Shown: in pieces, positions 1-11,831 of the stretch
Layout: each line of letters opens with the position of its first letter
How positions within the stretch are numbered: the first letter of the stretch is position 1
From: Escherichia phage vB_EcoM_G4498
DNA: 64,000 nt
Strand: one strand, 5' to 3'
Sequence record: NC_054918.1
The notes under the pieces: model-generated
Told to the model about the DNA's origin: nothing
Database searches by the model: none
What the model saw: only the letters and a program-made list of their open reading frames with translations
Program-made: the position numbers and the translations under genes

Positions 1-2
1 TT

Positions 3-851
<849 letters not shown>

Positions 852-879
852 TATTAAAGCATATTAAAGAGGATTAAAA

Positions 880-2859
880 ATGACTTTATTATCTCCGGGC
901 ATTGAGCTCAAAGAAACTACGGTTCAAAGCACCGTGGTTAATAACTCTACTGGTACAGCAGCTTTGGCCGGTAAATTCCAGTGGGGTCCTGCTTTTCAGA
1001 TTAAACAGGTTACAAACGAAGTAGATTTAGTTAATACTTTTGGTCAACCTACAGCTGAAACTGCTGACTATTTTATGTCTGCAATGAATTTCTTACAATA
1101 TGGAAATGATTTGCGAGTTGTGCGCGCTGTCGATAGAGATACCGCTAAAAACTCATCTCCGATTGCTGGTAATATTGAATACACAATTTCTACCCCAGGT
1201 AGTAACTACGCGGTTGGAGATAAAATCACGGTCAAATATGTTTCAGAAGATGTTGAAACAGAAGGTAAAATTACCGAAGTAGATGCTGATGGAAAAATTA
1301 AGAAAATTAATATTCCTACTGCAAAAATTATTGCTAAAGCTAAAGAAGTTGGCGAATACCCAACATTAGGTTCTAACTGGACTGCAGAAATTTCTTCATC
1401 TTCTTCCGGTTTAGCTGCAGTAATAACTCTTGGAAAAATTATTACTGATTCCGGTATTTTATTAGCTGAAATCGAGAGCGCTGAAACTGCTATGACAGCA
1501 GTTGATTTTCAGGCAAATCTTGAAAAATATGGAATTCCAGGAGTAGTAGCTCTCTATCCAGGCGAATTAGGCGATAAAATTGAAATTGAAATCGTATCTA
1601 AAGCTGACTATGCGAAAGGCGCTTCTGCATTACTGCCAATTTATCCAGGTGGTGGTACTCGTGCATCTACTGCCAAGGCAGTATTTGGATATGGGCCGCA
1701 GACTGACTCACAGTACGCTATTATAGTTCGTCGAAATGATGCTATTGTTCAAAGCGTTGTTCTTTCAACTAAGCGTGGTGAAAAAGATATTTACGATAGT
1801 AACATCTATATTGATGACTTTTTCGCAAAAGGTGGTTCAGAATATATTTTCGCAACTGCGCAAAACTGGCCAGAAGGCTTCTCTGGAATTTTAACTCTGT
1901 CTGGTGGATTATCATCAAATGCTGAAGTAACAGCAGGAGATTTGATGGAAGCTTGGGACTTCTTTGCTGACCGCGAATCTGTTGACGTTCAGTTGTTTAT
2001 TGCGGGTTCTTGTGCCGGTGAATCTCTTGAAACAGCATCTACTGTCCAAAAACATGTTGTTTCAATTGGTGATGCTCGTCAAGATTGCTTAGTATTGTGC
2101 TCACCTCCGCGTGAAACTGTAGTTGGAATTCCTGTAACTCGTGCAGTAGATAATTTAGTTAACTGGAGAACTGCAGCAGGTTCATACACTGATAATAACT
2201 TTAATATCAGTTCAACCTACGCAGCAATTGATGGTAACTACAAATATCAGTATGACAAATATAATGATGTGAATCGTTGGGTTCCATTAGCAGCTGATAT
2301 TGCTGGTTTATGCGCAAGAACTGATAACGTATCTCAGACTTGGATGTCTCCAGCTGGTTATAATCGTGGCCAGATTCTTAACGTTATTAAACTTGCTATT
2401 GAAACTCGCCAAGCTCAGCGCGACCGTTTATACCAAGAAGCTATTAATCCAGTAACTGGTACAGGTGGCGATGGTTACGTATTGTATGGTGATAAAACAG
2501 CTACTTCTGTTCCTTCTCCATTTGATCGTATTAACGTTCGTCGTCTGTTTAATATGTTGAAAACGAATATCGGACGTAGTTCAAAATATCGTTTGTTCGA
2601 ATTAAACAACGCGTTTACTCGTTCATCATTCCGCACAGAAACTGCCCAATACTTACAGGGAATTAAAGCTCTCGGTGGAATTTATGAATATCGTGTAGTT
2701 TGCGATACAACAAATAACACTCCGTCAGTAATTGATAGAAATGAGTTTGTTGCAACATTCTACATTCAACCGGCTAGAAGCATTAACTACATTACCTTGA
2801 ACTTCGTAGCAACTGCTACTGGTGCAGATTTCGATGAGTTAACTGGTCTTGCTGGTTAA
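880..2859 (+). CDS. 18: contractile tail sheath protein
   Basis: 659 aa, MTLLSPGIELKETTVQS..., same length and N-terminus as T4 gp18; ATG start. Confidence 0.95.
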   Translation: MTLLSPGIELKETTVQSTVVNNSTGTAALAGKFQWGPAFQIKQVTNEVDLVNTFGQPTAETADYFMSAMNFLQYGNDLRVVRAVDRDTAKNSSPIAGNIEYTISTPGSNYAVGDKITVKYVSEDVETEGKITEVDADGKIKKINIPTAKIIAKAKEVGEYPTLGSNWTAEISSSSSGLAAVITLGKIITDSGILLAEIESAETAMTAVDFQANLEKYGIPGVVALYPGELGDKIEIEIVSKADYAKGASALLPIYPGGGTRASTAKAVFGYGPQTDSQYAIIVRRNDAIVQSVVLSTKRGEKDIYDSNIYIDDFFAKGGSEYIFATAQNWPEGFSGILTLSGGLSSNAEVTAGDLMEAWDFFADRESVDVQLFIAGSCAGESLETASTVQKHVVSIGDARQDCLVLCSPPRETVVGIPVTRAVDNLVNWRTAAGSYTDNNFNISSTYAAIDGNYKYQYDKYNDVNRWVPLAADIAGLCARTDNVSQTWMSPAGYNRGQILNVIKLAIETRQAQRDRLYQEAINPVTGTGGDGYVLYGDKTATSVPSPFDRINVRRLFNMLKTNIGRSSKYRLFELNNAFTRSSFRTETAQYLQGIKALGGIYEYRVVCDTTNNTPSVIDRNEFVATFYIQPARSINYITLNFVATATGADFDELTGLAG

Positions 2860-2953
2860 TACGGTGCATTCTAAAGGCCTGTTTCGGCAGGCCATATAAA
2901 TACACTATATCCTTAATTCTTTAATTCTATATGCCCTAGGTTAAACATAGGGA

Positions 2954-2961
2954 TATAAATA
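2954..2961 (+). promoter_or_regulatory. late promoter TATAAATA for gene 19 (second copy at 2895-2902)
   Basis: Two exact TATAAATA boxes in the 18-19 intergenic region. Confidence 0.5.
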
Positions 2962-2975
2962 CTACAGAGGCTAAT

Positions 2976-3467
2976 ATGTTTGTAGATGATGTAACACGAG
3001 CGTTTGAATCTGGTGATTTTGCTCGACCTAACTTATTCCAAGTAGAAATTTCTTATCTTGGACAAAATTTTACATTCCAATGTAAAGCCACTGCTTTACC
3101 AGCTGGTATTGTAGAAAAAATTCCAGTCGGATTTATGAACCGTAAAATTAACGTAGCAGGCGATCGTACATTCGATGACTGGACTGTTACAGTAATGAAC
3201 GATGAAGCTCATGATGCTCGCCAGAAGTTTGTTGATTGGCAAAGCATTGCTGCTGGTCAAGGAAACGAAATTACTGGTGGAAAACCTGCAGAGTATAAAA
3301 AGAGCGCTATTGTTCGTCAATATGCTCGTGATGCTAAAACAGTAACAAAAGAAATTGAAATTAAAGGTCTGTGGCCTACTAACGTGGGTGAACTTCAATT
3401 AGATTGGGATTCAAACAATGAAATCCAAACCTTTGAAGTAACTCTTGCTCTCGATTATTGGGAATAA
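2976..3467 (+). CDS. 19: tail tube protein
   Basis: 163 aa, same length as T4 gp19; follows sheath gene; late promoters upstream. Confidence 0.95.
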   Translation: MFVDDVTRAFESGDFARPNLFQVEISYLGQNFTFQCKATALPAGIVEKIPVGFMNRKINVAGDRTFDDWTVTVMNDEAHDARQKFVDWQSIAAGQGNEITGGKPAEYKKSAIVRQYARDAKTVTKEIEIKGLWPTNVGELQLDWDSNNEIQTFEVTLALDYWE

Positions 3468-3499
3468 AATGAATGGGGAGAAATCCCCATCCTGCTTAA

Positions 3500-5124
<1,625 letters not shown>

Positions 5125-5125
<1 letters not shown>

Positions 5126-5364
5126 TGGAAGGTTTAATTGAAGCTATTAAATCAAACGACCTCGTAGCCGCTCGTAAATTATTTGCTGAAGCCATGGCTG
5201 CAAGAACGACTGATTTAATTAAAGAAGAAAAAATCGCTATCGCTCGTAATTTCTTAATCGAAGGTGAAGAACCTGATGACGAGGATGATGACGAAGACGA
5301 GGATAGTGATGATAAAGACGACAAAAAAGACAAAGACTCTGACGAAGACGAGGATGATGAATAA
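5125..5364 (+). CDS. 67: prohead core protein, acidic C-terminal tail
   Basis: 79 aa with poly-Asp/Glu tail; ATG overlaps gene 20 stop (TAATG). Confidence 0.9.
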
Positions 5365-5789
5365 TGCTTCTGATCCCTGAAACTCATGAATTAGTTCTCG
5401 AGAATGTCGAAGCACTTATTCCTGAAGCACAGGGTCGCTTTGACGAATTGTCTTCTGCTTTAAATAAAGACGATATAAATACAATTGTCGAGAATATGCT
5501 TGATGATGAAACTGATTTAGCGGTTGCATTAGCTTCTATTAATGAAAATATGCCGTTAAATGAATTTATCGTTAAACATGTTTCTGCCCGTGGTGAAATT
5601 ACTCGCACTAAAGATCGCAAAACCCGCGAACGTAATGCATTTCAAACTACCGGGTTGTCTAAAGCAAAACGTAGACAAATTGCTCGTAAAGCTACCAAAA
5701 CGAAGATTGCCAATCCAGCAGGTCAATCTCGTGCTCAGCGTAAGCGTAAAAAAGCTCTTAAACGCCGTAAAGCATTAGGATTAAGCTAA
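5364..5789 (+). CDS. 68: prohead core protein
   Basis: 141 aa, basic C-terminus, position between 67 and 21. Confidence 0.9.
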
Positions 5790-6427
5790 TGAATGAACCC
5801 CAATTACTAATTGAAACTTGGGGTCAACCTGGCGAAATTATTGATGGCGTACCAATGCTTGAATCTCATGATGGAAAAGACTTAGGTTTAAAACCGGGTT
5901 TATACATCGAAGGAATATTCATGCAAGCGGAAGTCGTCAATAGAAATAAACGTCTTTATCCAAAACGTATATTAGAAAAAGCGGTAAAAGACTATATTAA
6001 TGAGCAAGTTTTAACTAAACAAGCTCTCGGAGAATTAAATCATCCTCCACGCGCTAATGTTGACCCGATGCAAGCCGCTATCATTATAGAAGATATGTGG
6101 TGGAAAGGAAATGACGTATACGGACGAGCTCGTGTTATTGAAGGTGACCACGGTCCTGGAGATAAATTAGCAGCTAATATTCGTGCCGGATGGATTCCAG
6201 GAGTTTCTTCTCGTGGATTAGGTTCATTGACTGACACAAATAAAGGTTATCGTATCGTAAACGAAGGATTCAAATTAACTGTAGGTGTTGATGCAGTATG
6301 GGGTCCAAGTGCTCCAGATGCATGGGTAACTCCTAAGGAAATTACCGAATCACAGACGGCGGAAGCCGATACAAGTGCCGATGACGCCTATATGGCTCTC
6401 GCAGAGGCCATGAAAAAAGCGTTATAA
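5789..6427 (+). CDS. 21: prohead core protease
   Basis: 212 aa, same length and position as T4 gp21. Confidence 0.93.
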   Translation: MNEPQLLIETWGQPGEIIDGVPMLESHDGKDLGLKPGLYIEGIFMQAEVVNRNKRLYPKRILEKAVKDYINEQVLTKQALGELNHPPRANVDPMQAAIIIEDMWWKGNDVYGRARVIEGDHGPGDKLAANIRAGWIPGVSSRGLGSLTDTNKGYRIVNEGFKLTVGVDAVWGPSAPDAWVTPKEITESQTAEADTSADDAYMALAEAMKKAL

Positions 6428-6430
6428 ATA
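6423..6430 (+). promoter_or_regulatory. late promoter TATAAATA for gene 22
   Basis: Exact box overlapping gene 21 stop. Confidence 0.5.
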
Positions 6431-6457
6431 TTATTATCTAAACAACAGGACTACAAA

Positions 6458-7267
6458 ATGCTTAAAGAACAACTGATTGCCGAAGCGCAGAAAATTGATG
6501 CTTCCGTTGCTCTTGATAGTATTTTCGAATCAGTTAATATTTCTCCGGAAGCAAAAGAAACTTTCGGCACTGTATTCGAAGCTACCGTCAAGCAGCACGC
6601 CGTTAAATTAGCTGAATCTCATATCGCTAAAATTGCTGAAAAAGCAGAAGAAGAAGTAGAAAAAAATAAAGAAGAAGCAGAAGAAAAAGCTGAGAAGAAA
6701 ATCGCTGAGCAAGCTTCTAAATTCCTTGACCATCTTGCAAAAGAATGGCTCACTGAAAATAAATTAGCAGTAGATAAAGGTATCAAAGCCGAACTGTTTG
6801 AATCCATGCTTGGTGGATTGAAAGAGCTCTTCGTTGAACACAACGTTGTTGTTCCAGAAGAATCAGTTGATGTTGTAGCTGAAATGGAAGAAGAACTGCA
6901 AGAACATAAAGAAGAATCAGCTCGTCTGTTCGAAGAACTCAATAAGCGTGACGCATATATCAATTATGTGCAGCGTGAAGTGGCATTGAGCGAAAGTACT
7001 AAAGATCTGACTGAGTCTCAAAAAGAAAAAGTCTCTGCTCTGGTCGAAGGTATGGATTATTCAGATGCATTCTCAAGTAAATTGAGTGCAATCGTAGAAA
7101 TGGTGAAGAAATCTAATAAAGATGAAAGCACTATTACTGAGAGTATAAATACTCCTGATACTGAAGCAGCCGGACTGAATTTCGTCACTGAAGCTGTAGA
7201 AGATAAATCTGCACAAGGTGCAGAAGATATTGTAAGTGTATATGCGAAAGTCGCATCTCGTTTCTAA
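6458..7267 (+). CDS. 22: prohead core scaffold protein
   Basis: 269 aa, highly charged coiled-coil-like (EEAEEKAEKK...), position before gene 23. Confidence 0.93.
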   Translation: MLKEQLIAEAQKIDASVALDSIFESVNISPEAKETFGTVFEATVKQHAVKLAESHIAKIAEKAEEEVEKNKEEAEEKAEKKIAEQASKFLDHLAKEWLTENKLAVDKGIKAELFESMLGGLKELFVEHNVVVPEESVDVVAEMEEELQEHKEESARLFEELNKRDAYINYVQREVALSESTKDLTESQKEKVSALVEGMDYSDAFSSKLSAIVEMVKKSNKDESTITESINTPDTEAAGLNFVTEAVEDKSAQGAEDIVSVYAKVASRF

Positions 7268-7285
7268 TTTTAAAGGTTAACACAA

Positions 7286-8851
7286 ATGACTATCAAAACT
7301 AAAGCTGAACTTTTGAACAAATGGAAGCCATTACTGGAAGGTGAAGGTTTACCGGAAATTGCTAATAGCAAACAAGCGATTATCGCTAAAATCTTTGAAA
7401 ACCAGGAAAAAGATTTCCAGACAGCTCCGGAATATAAAGACGAAAAAATTGCTCAGGCATTCGGTTCTTTCTTAACAGAAGCTGAAATCGGTGGTGACCA
7501 CGGTTACAATGCTACCAACATCGCCGCAGGTCAGACTTCTGGCGCAGTAACTCAGATTGGCCCAGCTGTTATGGGTATGGTACGTCGTGCTATTCCTAAC
7601 CTGATTGCTTTCGATATTTGTGGTGTTCAGCCAATGAACAACCCGACTGGCCAGGTATTCGCGCTGCGCGCAGTATATGGTAAAGATCCAATCGCTTCCG
7701 GCGCTAAAGAAGCATTCCACCCAATGTATGGTCCAGATGCAATGTTCTCTGGTCAGGGTGCTGCTAAGAAATTCGCTGCTTTGAAAGCAAGTGATACTCT
7801 TGAAGTCGGAACTATTTACACTCACTTCTTCCAGGAAACTGGTACAGTATATCTGCAAGCTACAGCAGCTAAACAAATTGATTCAGGCGCATCTGACGCA
7901 GACAAATTAGATGCTGAAATTAAGAAACAAATGGAAGCTGGTGTACTGGTAGAAATCGCTGAAGGTATGGCTACTTCTATCGCTGAACTTCAGGAAGGTT
8001 TCAACGGTTCTACCGATAACCCATGGAATGAAATGGGCTTCCGTATCGATAAACAAGTTATCGAAGCTAAATCTCGTCAGCTGAAAGCTGCTTACTCTAT
8101 TGAATTAGCACAAGACCTTCGCGCTGTTCACGGTATGGATGCTGATGCTGAACTGTCTGGTATTCTGGCTACCGAAATTATGCTGGAAATCAACCGCGAA
8201 GTTGTTGATTGGATTAACTACTCCGCTCAGGTTGGTAAATCTGGTATGACCCTGACTCCGGGTTCTAAAGCTGGTGTATTTGACTTCCAGGACCCAATCG
8301 ATATTCGTGGTGCTCGCTGGGCAGGTGAATCCTTTAAAGCTCTGTTGTTCCAGATTGACAAAGAAGCAGTTGAAATTGCTCGTCAGACTGGTCGCGGCGA
8401 AGGTAACTTCATTATCGCTTCCCGTAACGTAGTTAACGTTCTGGCTTCAGTTGATACCGGCATTTCTTATGCTGCACAAGGTCTGGCTACTGGCTTTAAC
8501 ACTGATACTACCAAGTCAGTATTTGCTGGTGTTCTGGGTGGTAAATACCGTGTATATATCGACCAGTATGCTAAACAGGATTATTTCACCGTAGGTTATA
8601 AAGGTCCGAACGAAATGGATGCTGGTATTTACTATGCTCCATATGTAGCTCTGACTCCGCTGCGTGGTTCTGATCCGAAGAACTTCCAACCGGTAATGGG
8701 ATTCAAAACTCGTTACGGTATCGGTATCAACCCATTTGCAGAATCCGCTGCTCAGGCTCCGGCTTCTCGCATCCAGAGCGGTATGCCTTCTATTCTGAAT
8801 AGCCTTGGTAAAAACGCTTACTTCCGCCGTGTATATGTTAAAGGTATCTAA
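7286..8851 (+). CDS. 23: major capsid protein
   Basis: 521 aa, MTIKTKAELLNKWKPLLEGEGLPEIANSKQ..., near-identical to T4 gp23 as remembered. Confidence 0.97.
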   Translation: MTIKTKAELLNKWKPLLEGEGLPEIANSKQAIIAKIFENQEKDFQTAPEYKDEKIAQAFGSFLTEAEIGGDHGYNATNIAAGQTSGAVTQIGPAVMGMVRRAIPNLIAFDICGVQPMNNPTGQVFALRAVYGKDPIASGAKEAFHPMYGPDAMFSGQGAAKKFAALKASDTLEVGTIYTHFFQETGTVYLQATAAKQIDSGASDADKLDAEIKKQMEAGVLVEIAEGMATSIAELQEGFNGSTDNPWNEMGFRIDKQVIEAKSRQLKAAYSIELAQDLRAVHGMDADAELSGILATEIMLEINREVVDWINYSAQVGKSGMTLTPGSKAGVFDFQDPIDIRGARWAGESFKALLFQIDKEAVEIARQTGRGEGNFIIASRNVVNVLASVDTGISYAAQGLATGFNTDTTKSVFAGVLGGKYRVYIDQYAKQDYFTVGYKGPNEMDAGIYYAPYVALTPLRGSDPKNFQPVMGFKTRYGIGINPFAESAAQAPASRIQSGMPSILNSLGKNAYFRRVYVKGI

Positions 8852-8866
8852 TCTTTGACGATTTAA

Positions 8867-8890
8867 GGGACCTTCGGGTCCCTTTAGTTG
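8867..8890 (+). terminator. rho-independent terminator after gene 23
   Basis: GGGACCTTCGGGTCCC hairpin followed by T-rich run. Confidence 0.6.
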
Positions 8891-8899
8891 TTTTTATGG

Positions 8900-8907
8900 T
8901 ATAAATA
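8900..8907 (+). promoter_or_regulatory. late promoter TATAAATA for gene 24
   Basis: Exact box downstream of gene 23 terminator hairpin. Confidence 0.55.
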
Positions 8908-8934
8908 AATCATATAAACTGAAAGGAAAGCGCA

Positions 8935-10218
8935 ATGGCTAAAATCAACGAACTTCTGCGCGAATCAACCACAACGAATAGCAACTCAATCGGTCGCCCA
9001 AATCTCGTTGCTTTGACTCGCGCTACCACTAAATTAATATATTCTGACATTGTAGCAACGCAAAGAACTAATCAACCTGTTGCTGCTTTTTATGGTATCA
9101 AATACCTTAACCCGGATAACGAATTTACATTTAAAACTGGTGCTACTTACGCCGGCGAAGCTGGATATGTAGACCGAGAACAAATCACAGAATTAACAGA
9201 AGAGTCTAAATTAACTCTCAATAAGGGCGATTTATTCAAATATAATAATATCGTTTATAAAGTATTAGAAGATACACCATTTGCTGATATTGAAGAAAGC
9301 GATTTAGAATTAGCTCTTCAGATTGCAATTGTTCTTTTAAAGGTTCGTCTATTTTCTGACGCAGCGTCAACAAGCAAATTTGAAAGCTCTGATAGTGAAA
9401 TTGCGGATGCTAGATTCCAGATTAATAAATGGCAAACCGCAGTTAAATCTCGTAAACTTAAAACTGGTATCACAGTTGAATTAGCACAAGATTTAGAAGC
9501 AAATGGATTCGATGCTCCTAATTTCTTGGAAGATTTGCTTGCAACTGAAATGGCAGATGAAATCAATAAAGATATTCTGCAGTCTTTGATTACAGTGTCA
9601 AAACGCTATAAAGTTACAGGAATTACTGATACTGGATTCATCGATTTGAGTTATGCATCTGCACCTGAAGCTGGTCGTTCATTATACCGAATGGTATGTG
9701 AAATGGTTTCGCATATCCAAAAAGAATCAACTTATACAGCAACGTTCTGTGTTGCTTCAGCTCGTGCTGCTGCGATTCTTGCTGCATCAGGTTGGTTAAA
9801 ACATAAACCAGAAGATGATAAATATCTTTCACAAAATGCCTATGGGTTCTTAGCTAATGGTTTACCGCTTTATTGCGATACTAACAGCCCATTAGATTAT
9901 GTAATCGTTGGTGTAGTAGAAAATATCGGTGAAAAAGAAATTGTTGGATCAATTTTCTATGCTCCGTATACAGAAGGTCTTGACTTAGATGACCCTGAAC
10001 ATGTAGGTGCATTTAAAGTTGTAGTTGACCCAGAAAGTTTGCAGCCATCTATCGGTTTATTAGTTAGATATGCTTTATCAGCAAATCCTTACACTGTAGC
10101 AAAAGATGAAAAAGAAGCAAGAATAATTGATGGTGGAGACATGGATAAAATGGCGGGTCGTTCAGATTTGTCTGTTTTATTAGGTGTTAAGCTACCAAAA
10201 ATTATCGTTGATGAATAA
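8935..10218 (+). CDS. 24: capsid vertex protein
   Basis: 427 aa, gp23-paralogue position and length. Confidence 0.95.
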   Translation: MAKINELLRESTTTNSNSIGRPNLVALTRATTKLIYSDIVATQRTNQPVAAFYGIKYLNPDNEFTFKTGATYAGEAGYVDREQITELTEESKLTLNKGDLFKYNNIVYKVLEDTPFADIEESDLELALQIAIVLLKVRLFSDAASTSKFESSDSEIADARFQINKWQTAVKSRKLKTGITVELAQDLEANGFDAPNFLEDLLATEMADEINKDILQSLITVSKRYKVTGITDTGFIDLSYASAPEAGRSLYRMVCEMVSHIQKESTYTATFCVASARAAAILAASGWLKHKPEDDKYLSQNAYGFLANGLPLYCDTNSPLDYVIVGVVENIGEKEIVGSIFYAPYTEGLDLDDPEHVGAFKVVVDPESLQPSIGLLVRYALSANPYTVAKDEKEARIIDGGDMDKMAGRSDLSVLLGVKLPKIIVDE

Positions 10219-10224
10219 AACAAA

Positions 10225-10245
10225 GGGACCTTTCGGTCCCTTTTT
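10225..10245. terminator. bidirectional terminator between gene 24 (+) and rnlB (-)
   Basis: GGGACCTTTCGGTCCC hairpin flanked by A-run and T-run. Confidence 0.6.
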
Positions 10246-10247
10246 AT

Positions 10248-11252
10248 TTAACTTACCAATTCAATCCAAGCCGGACGAAGTACATCTTGTACCATTTTAA
10301 CTAATTCCTTTTTAACCAAAGAAGGATTATCTGCTCGAGTTAGAGTAATACCTTCACGAGAAGTTTCTTCCAAAATATCTTGAACAGTTAGTCCCATCAC
10401 CTTTCCAAAATCCTTCGGACCAATTTCACCAATTTTAGAAATAACGTTATTTACTCGGTTCAGTGTAACGTAGCAAGCTAAAATTCCCACCAATTTGTTA
10501 TCAGCTTCTGATAGTTCAACTTTAGCTTTAATAGGCTTATCAGACTTTTTCTTTTCACTAAATTTGGAATTCTTGCATTTGATGGCTACACGATTTCCAT
10601 TATGAAGCCAAGAAGGATAACAAGGTTTCAATACATATCCTTCAGCGGTAAATACTTCGCCTTTGGCTTCAGCTTTCCAAACACATTTGTTAGCGTCAAC
10701 TAATCCAGCATGGTCTACTGTAAAATTATAATCTTGGACGACAGAATCTAAATCATTTGGCAATTTAATAAGTTCTTCAAATTTACCACGACCTAAAAGT
10801 GGAGCCATTTTAAATTTAAATGTATTACAAAATGATTCCATCATATAATCATCGACATAAGTCACATCACCACTTTCTGTAGTGACAATAATGTCAAATA
10901 CATAAAAATCTTTATCGCCATAATCGACATTCTTCTGAATGCCAGGTCCAGCGAATTCGCCAAAGACTTGATAAGATACAACCGCTGAGGTTTCCATAAT
11001 ATCTTGTACTGCTTTAATAGAATCTTCGTAATTCTTTAGAATAATTTCATACCCAAAGAAATCTTCAGCAGGAAGAATCGGTCCAGTACGTTTAGCGCAA
11101 GTTACTTTATCACGCTCAATAATCAATGAGAAATTTGTGCCGTGAATCTTTTCACGAGCTACCCACTCCCCACCAGTCAATCCCAAGCTATAAAGTTTTT
11201 CAATAAATTTAGAGTTGTAATGATTTTCAAGACTGCTATACTTTTTAAACAT
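10248..11252 (-). CDS. rnlB: RNA ligase 2
   Basis: 334 aa, nucleotidyltransferase lysine motif region (EKIHGTNFS), same length as T4 Rnl2. Confidence 0.9.
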   Translation of the reverse strand: MFKKYSSLENHYNSKFIEKLYSLGLTGGEWVAREKIHGTNFSLIIERDKVTCAKRTGPILPAEDFFGYEIILKNYEDSIKAVQDIMETSAVVSYQVFGEFAGPGIQKNVDYGDKDFYVFDIIVTTESGDVTYVDDYMMESFCNTFKFKMAPLLGRGKFEELIKLPNDLDSVVQDYNFTVDHAGLVDANKCVWKAEAKGEVFTAEGYVLKPCYPSWLHNGNRVAIKCKNSKFSEKKKSDKPIKAKVELSEADNKLVGILACYVTLNRVNNVISKIGEIGPKDFGKVMGLTVQDILEETSREGITLTRADNPSLVKKELVKMVQDVLRPAWIELVS

Positions 11253-11261
11253 AATTAATCC

Positions 11262-11540
11262 TCAAAATGTAATTTCTAACCAATCACCATCACGCTGATC
11301 ACTATTGACTTTAAAGCTGAATCCTTCTTTTCTCAGCCAATCACCAATTTCTTCAGTAATCAATTTATCACGAGCAATACAATAATAACTAAAATGTGTT
11401 TTACCTTGTTCAGCTGCTTTATTAGCAAGTTCCGAAAAATCTTTAATAAAACACTCTAGCTTAAACTGTTTACTTTTAAGTGCTTTTTCGCGCAATTGAT
11501 TAGCAAAAGATTCATTTTCATAAAGATCATACTGTTCCAT
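11262..11540 (-). CDS. hypothetical protein (position of T4 24.2)
   Basis: 92 aa ORF, ATG start, tightly packed after rnlB. Confidence 0.6.
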   Translation of the reverse strand: MEQYDLYENESFANQLREKALKSKQFKLECFIKDFSELANKAAEQGKTHFSYYCIARDKLITEEIGDWLRKEGFSFKVNSDQRDGDWLEITF

Positions 11541-11742
11541 TTTTCACCTTTTTATTGATATGTCTTTTTCTATAGACGACTTTTTCTCGAGTTTCAAATT
11601 TATTTTTAGCAGTCATAGCTCGAGCCCATAATACAGCCACTTCTTTTGCCTGTAAGTTTAATTCACGAGCAATTTCAATGAATGACTTTCCAGACTCATG
11701 AAGAGTAAACACCACAACCTCAGTTCTCATAATCAATCTCAT
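11527..11742 (-). CDS. hypothetical small protein with helix-turn-helix-like segment (position of T4 24.3)
   Basis: 71 aa, ATG start, SFIEIARELNLQAKEV resembles an HTH. Confidence 0.55.
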   Translation of the reverse strand: MRLIMRTEVVVFTLHESGKSFIEIARELNLQAKEVAVLWARAMTAKNKFETREKVVYRKRHINKKVKNGTV

Positions 11743-11810
11743 GTTATCGAGTTGGTGCCATTATATACATCATTTTCTGATTGTGTTTTGTGTGCTTTCA
11801 AAATGAAGAA

Positions 11811-11826
11811 AGGGGCCGAAGCCCCT
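11811..11826 (-). terminator. hairpin after hoc
   Basis: AGGGGCCGAAGCCCCT stem-loop immediately downstream of hoc stop. Confidence 0.4.
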
Positions 11827-11831
11827 TATGA

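Noticed and set aside
1100-1282. 60-aa plus-strand ORF inside gene 18
   Set aside because: Lies entirely within the tail sheath gene in another frame; no SD; chance ORF
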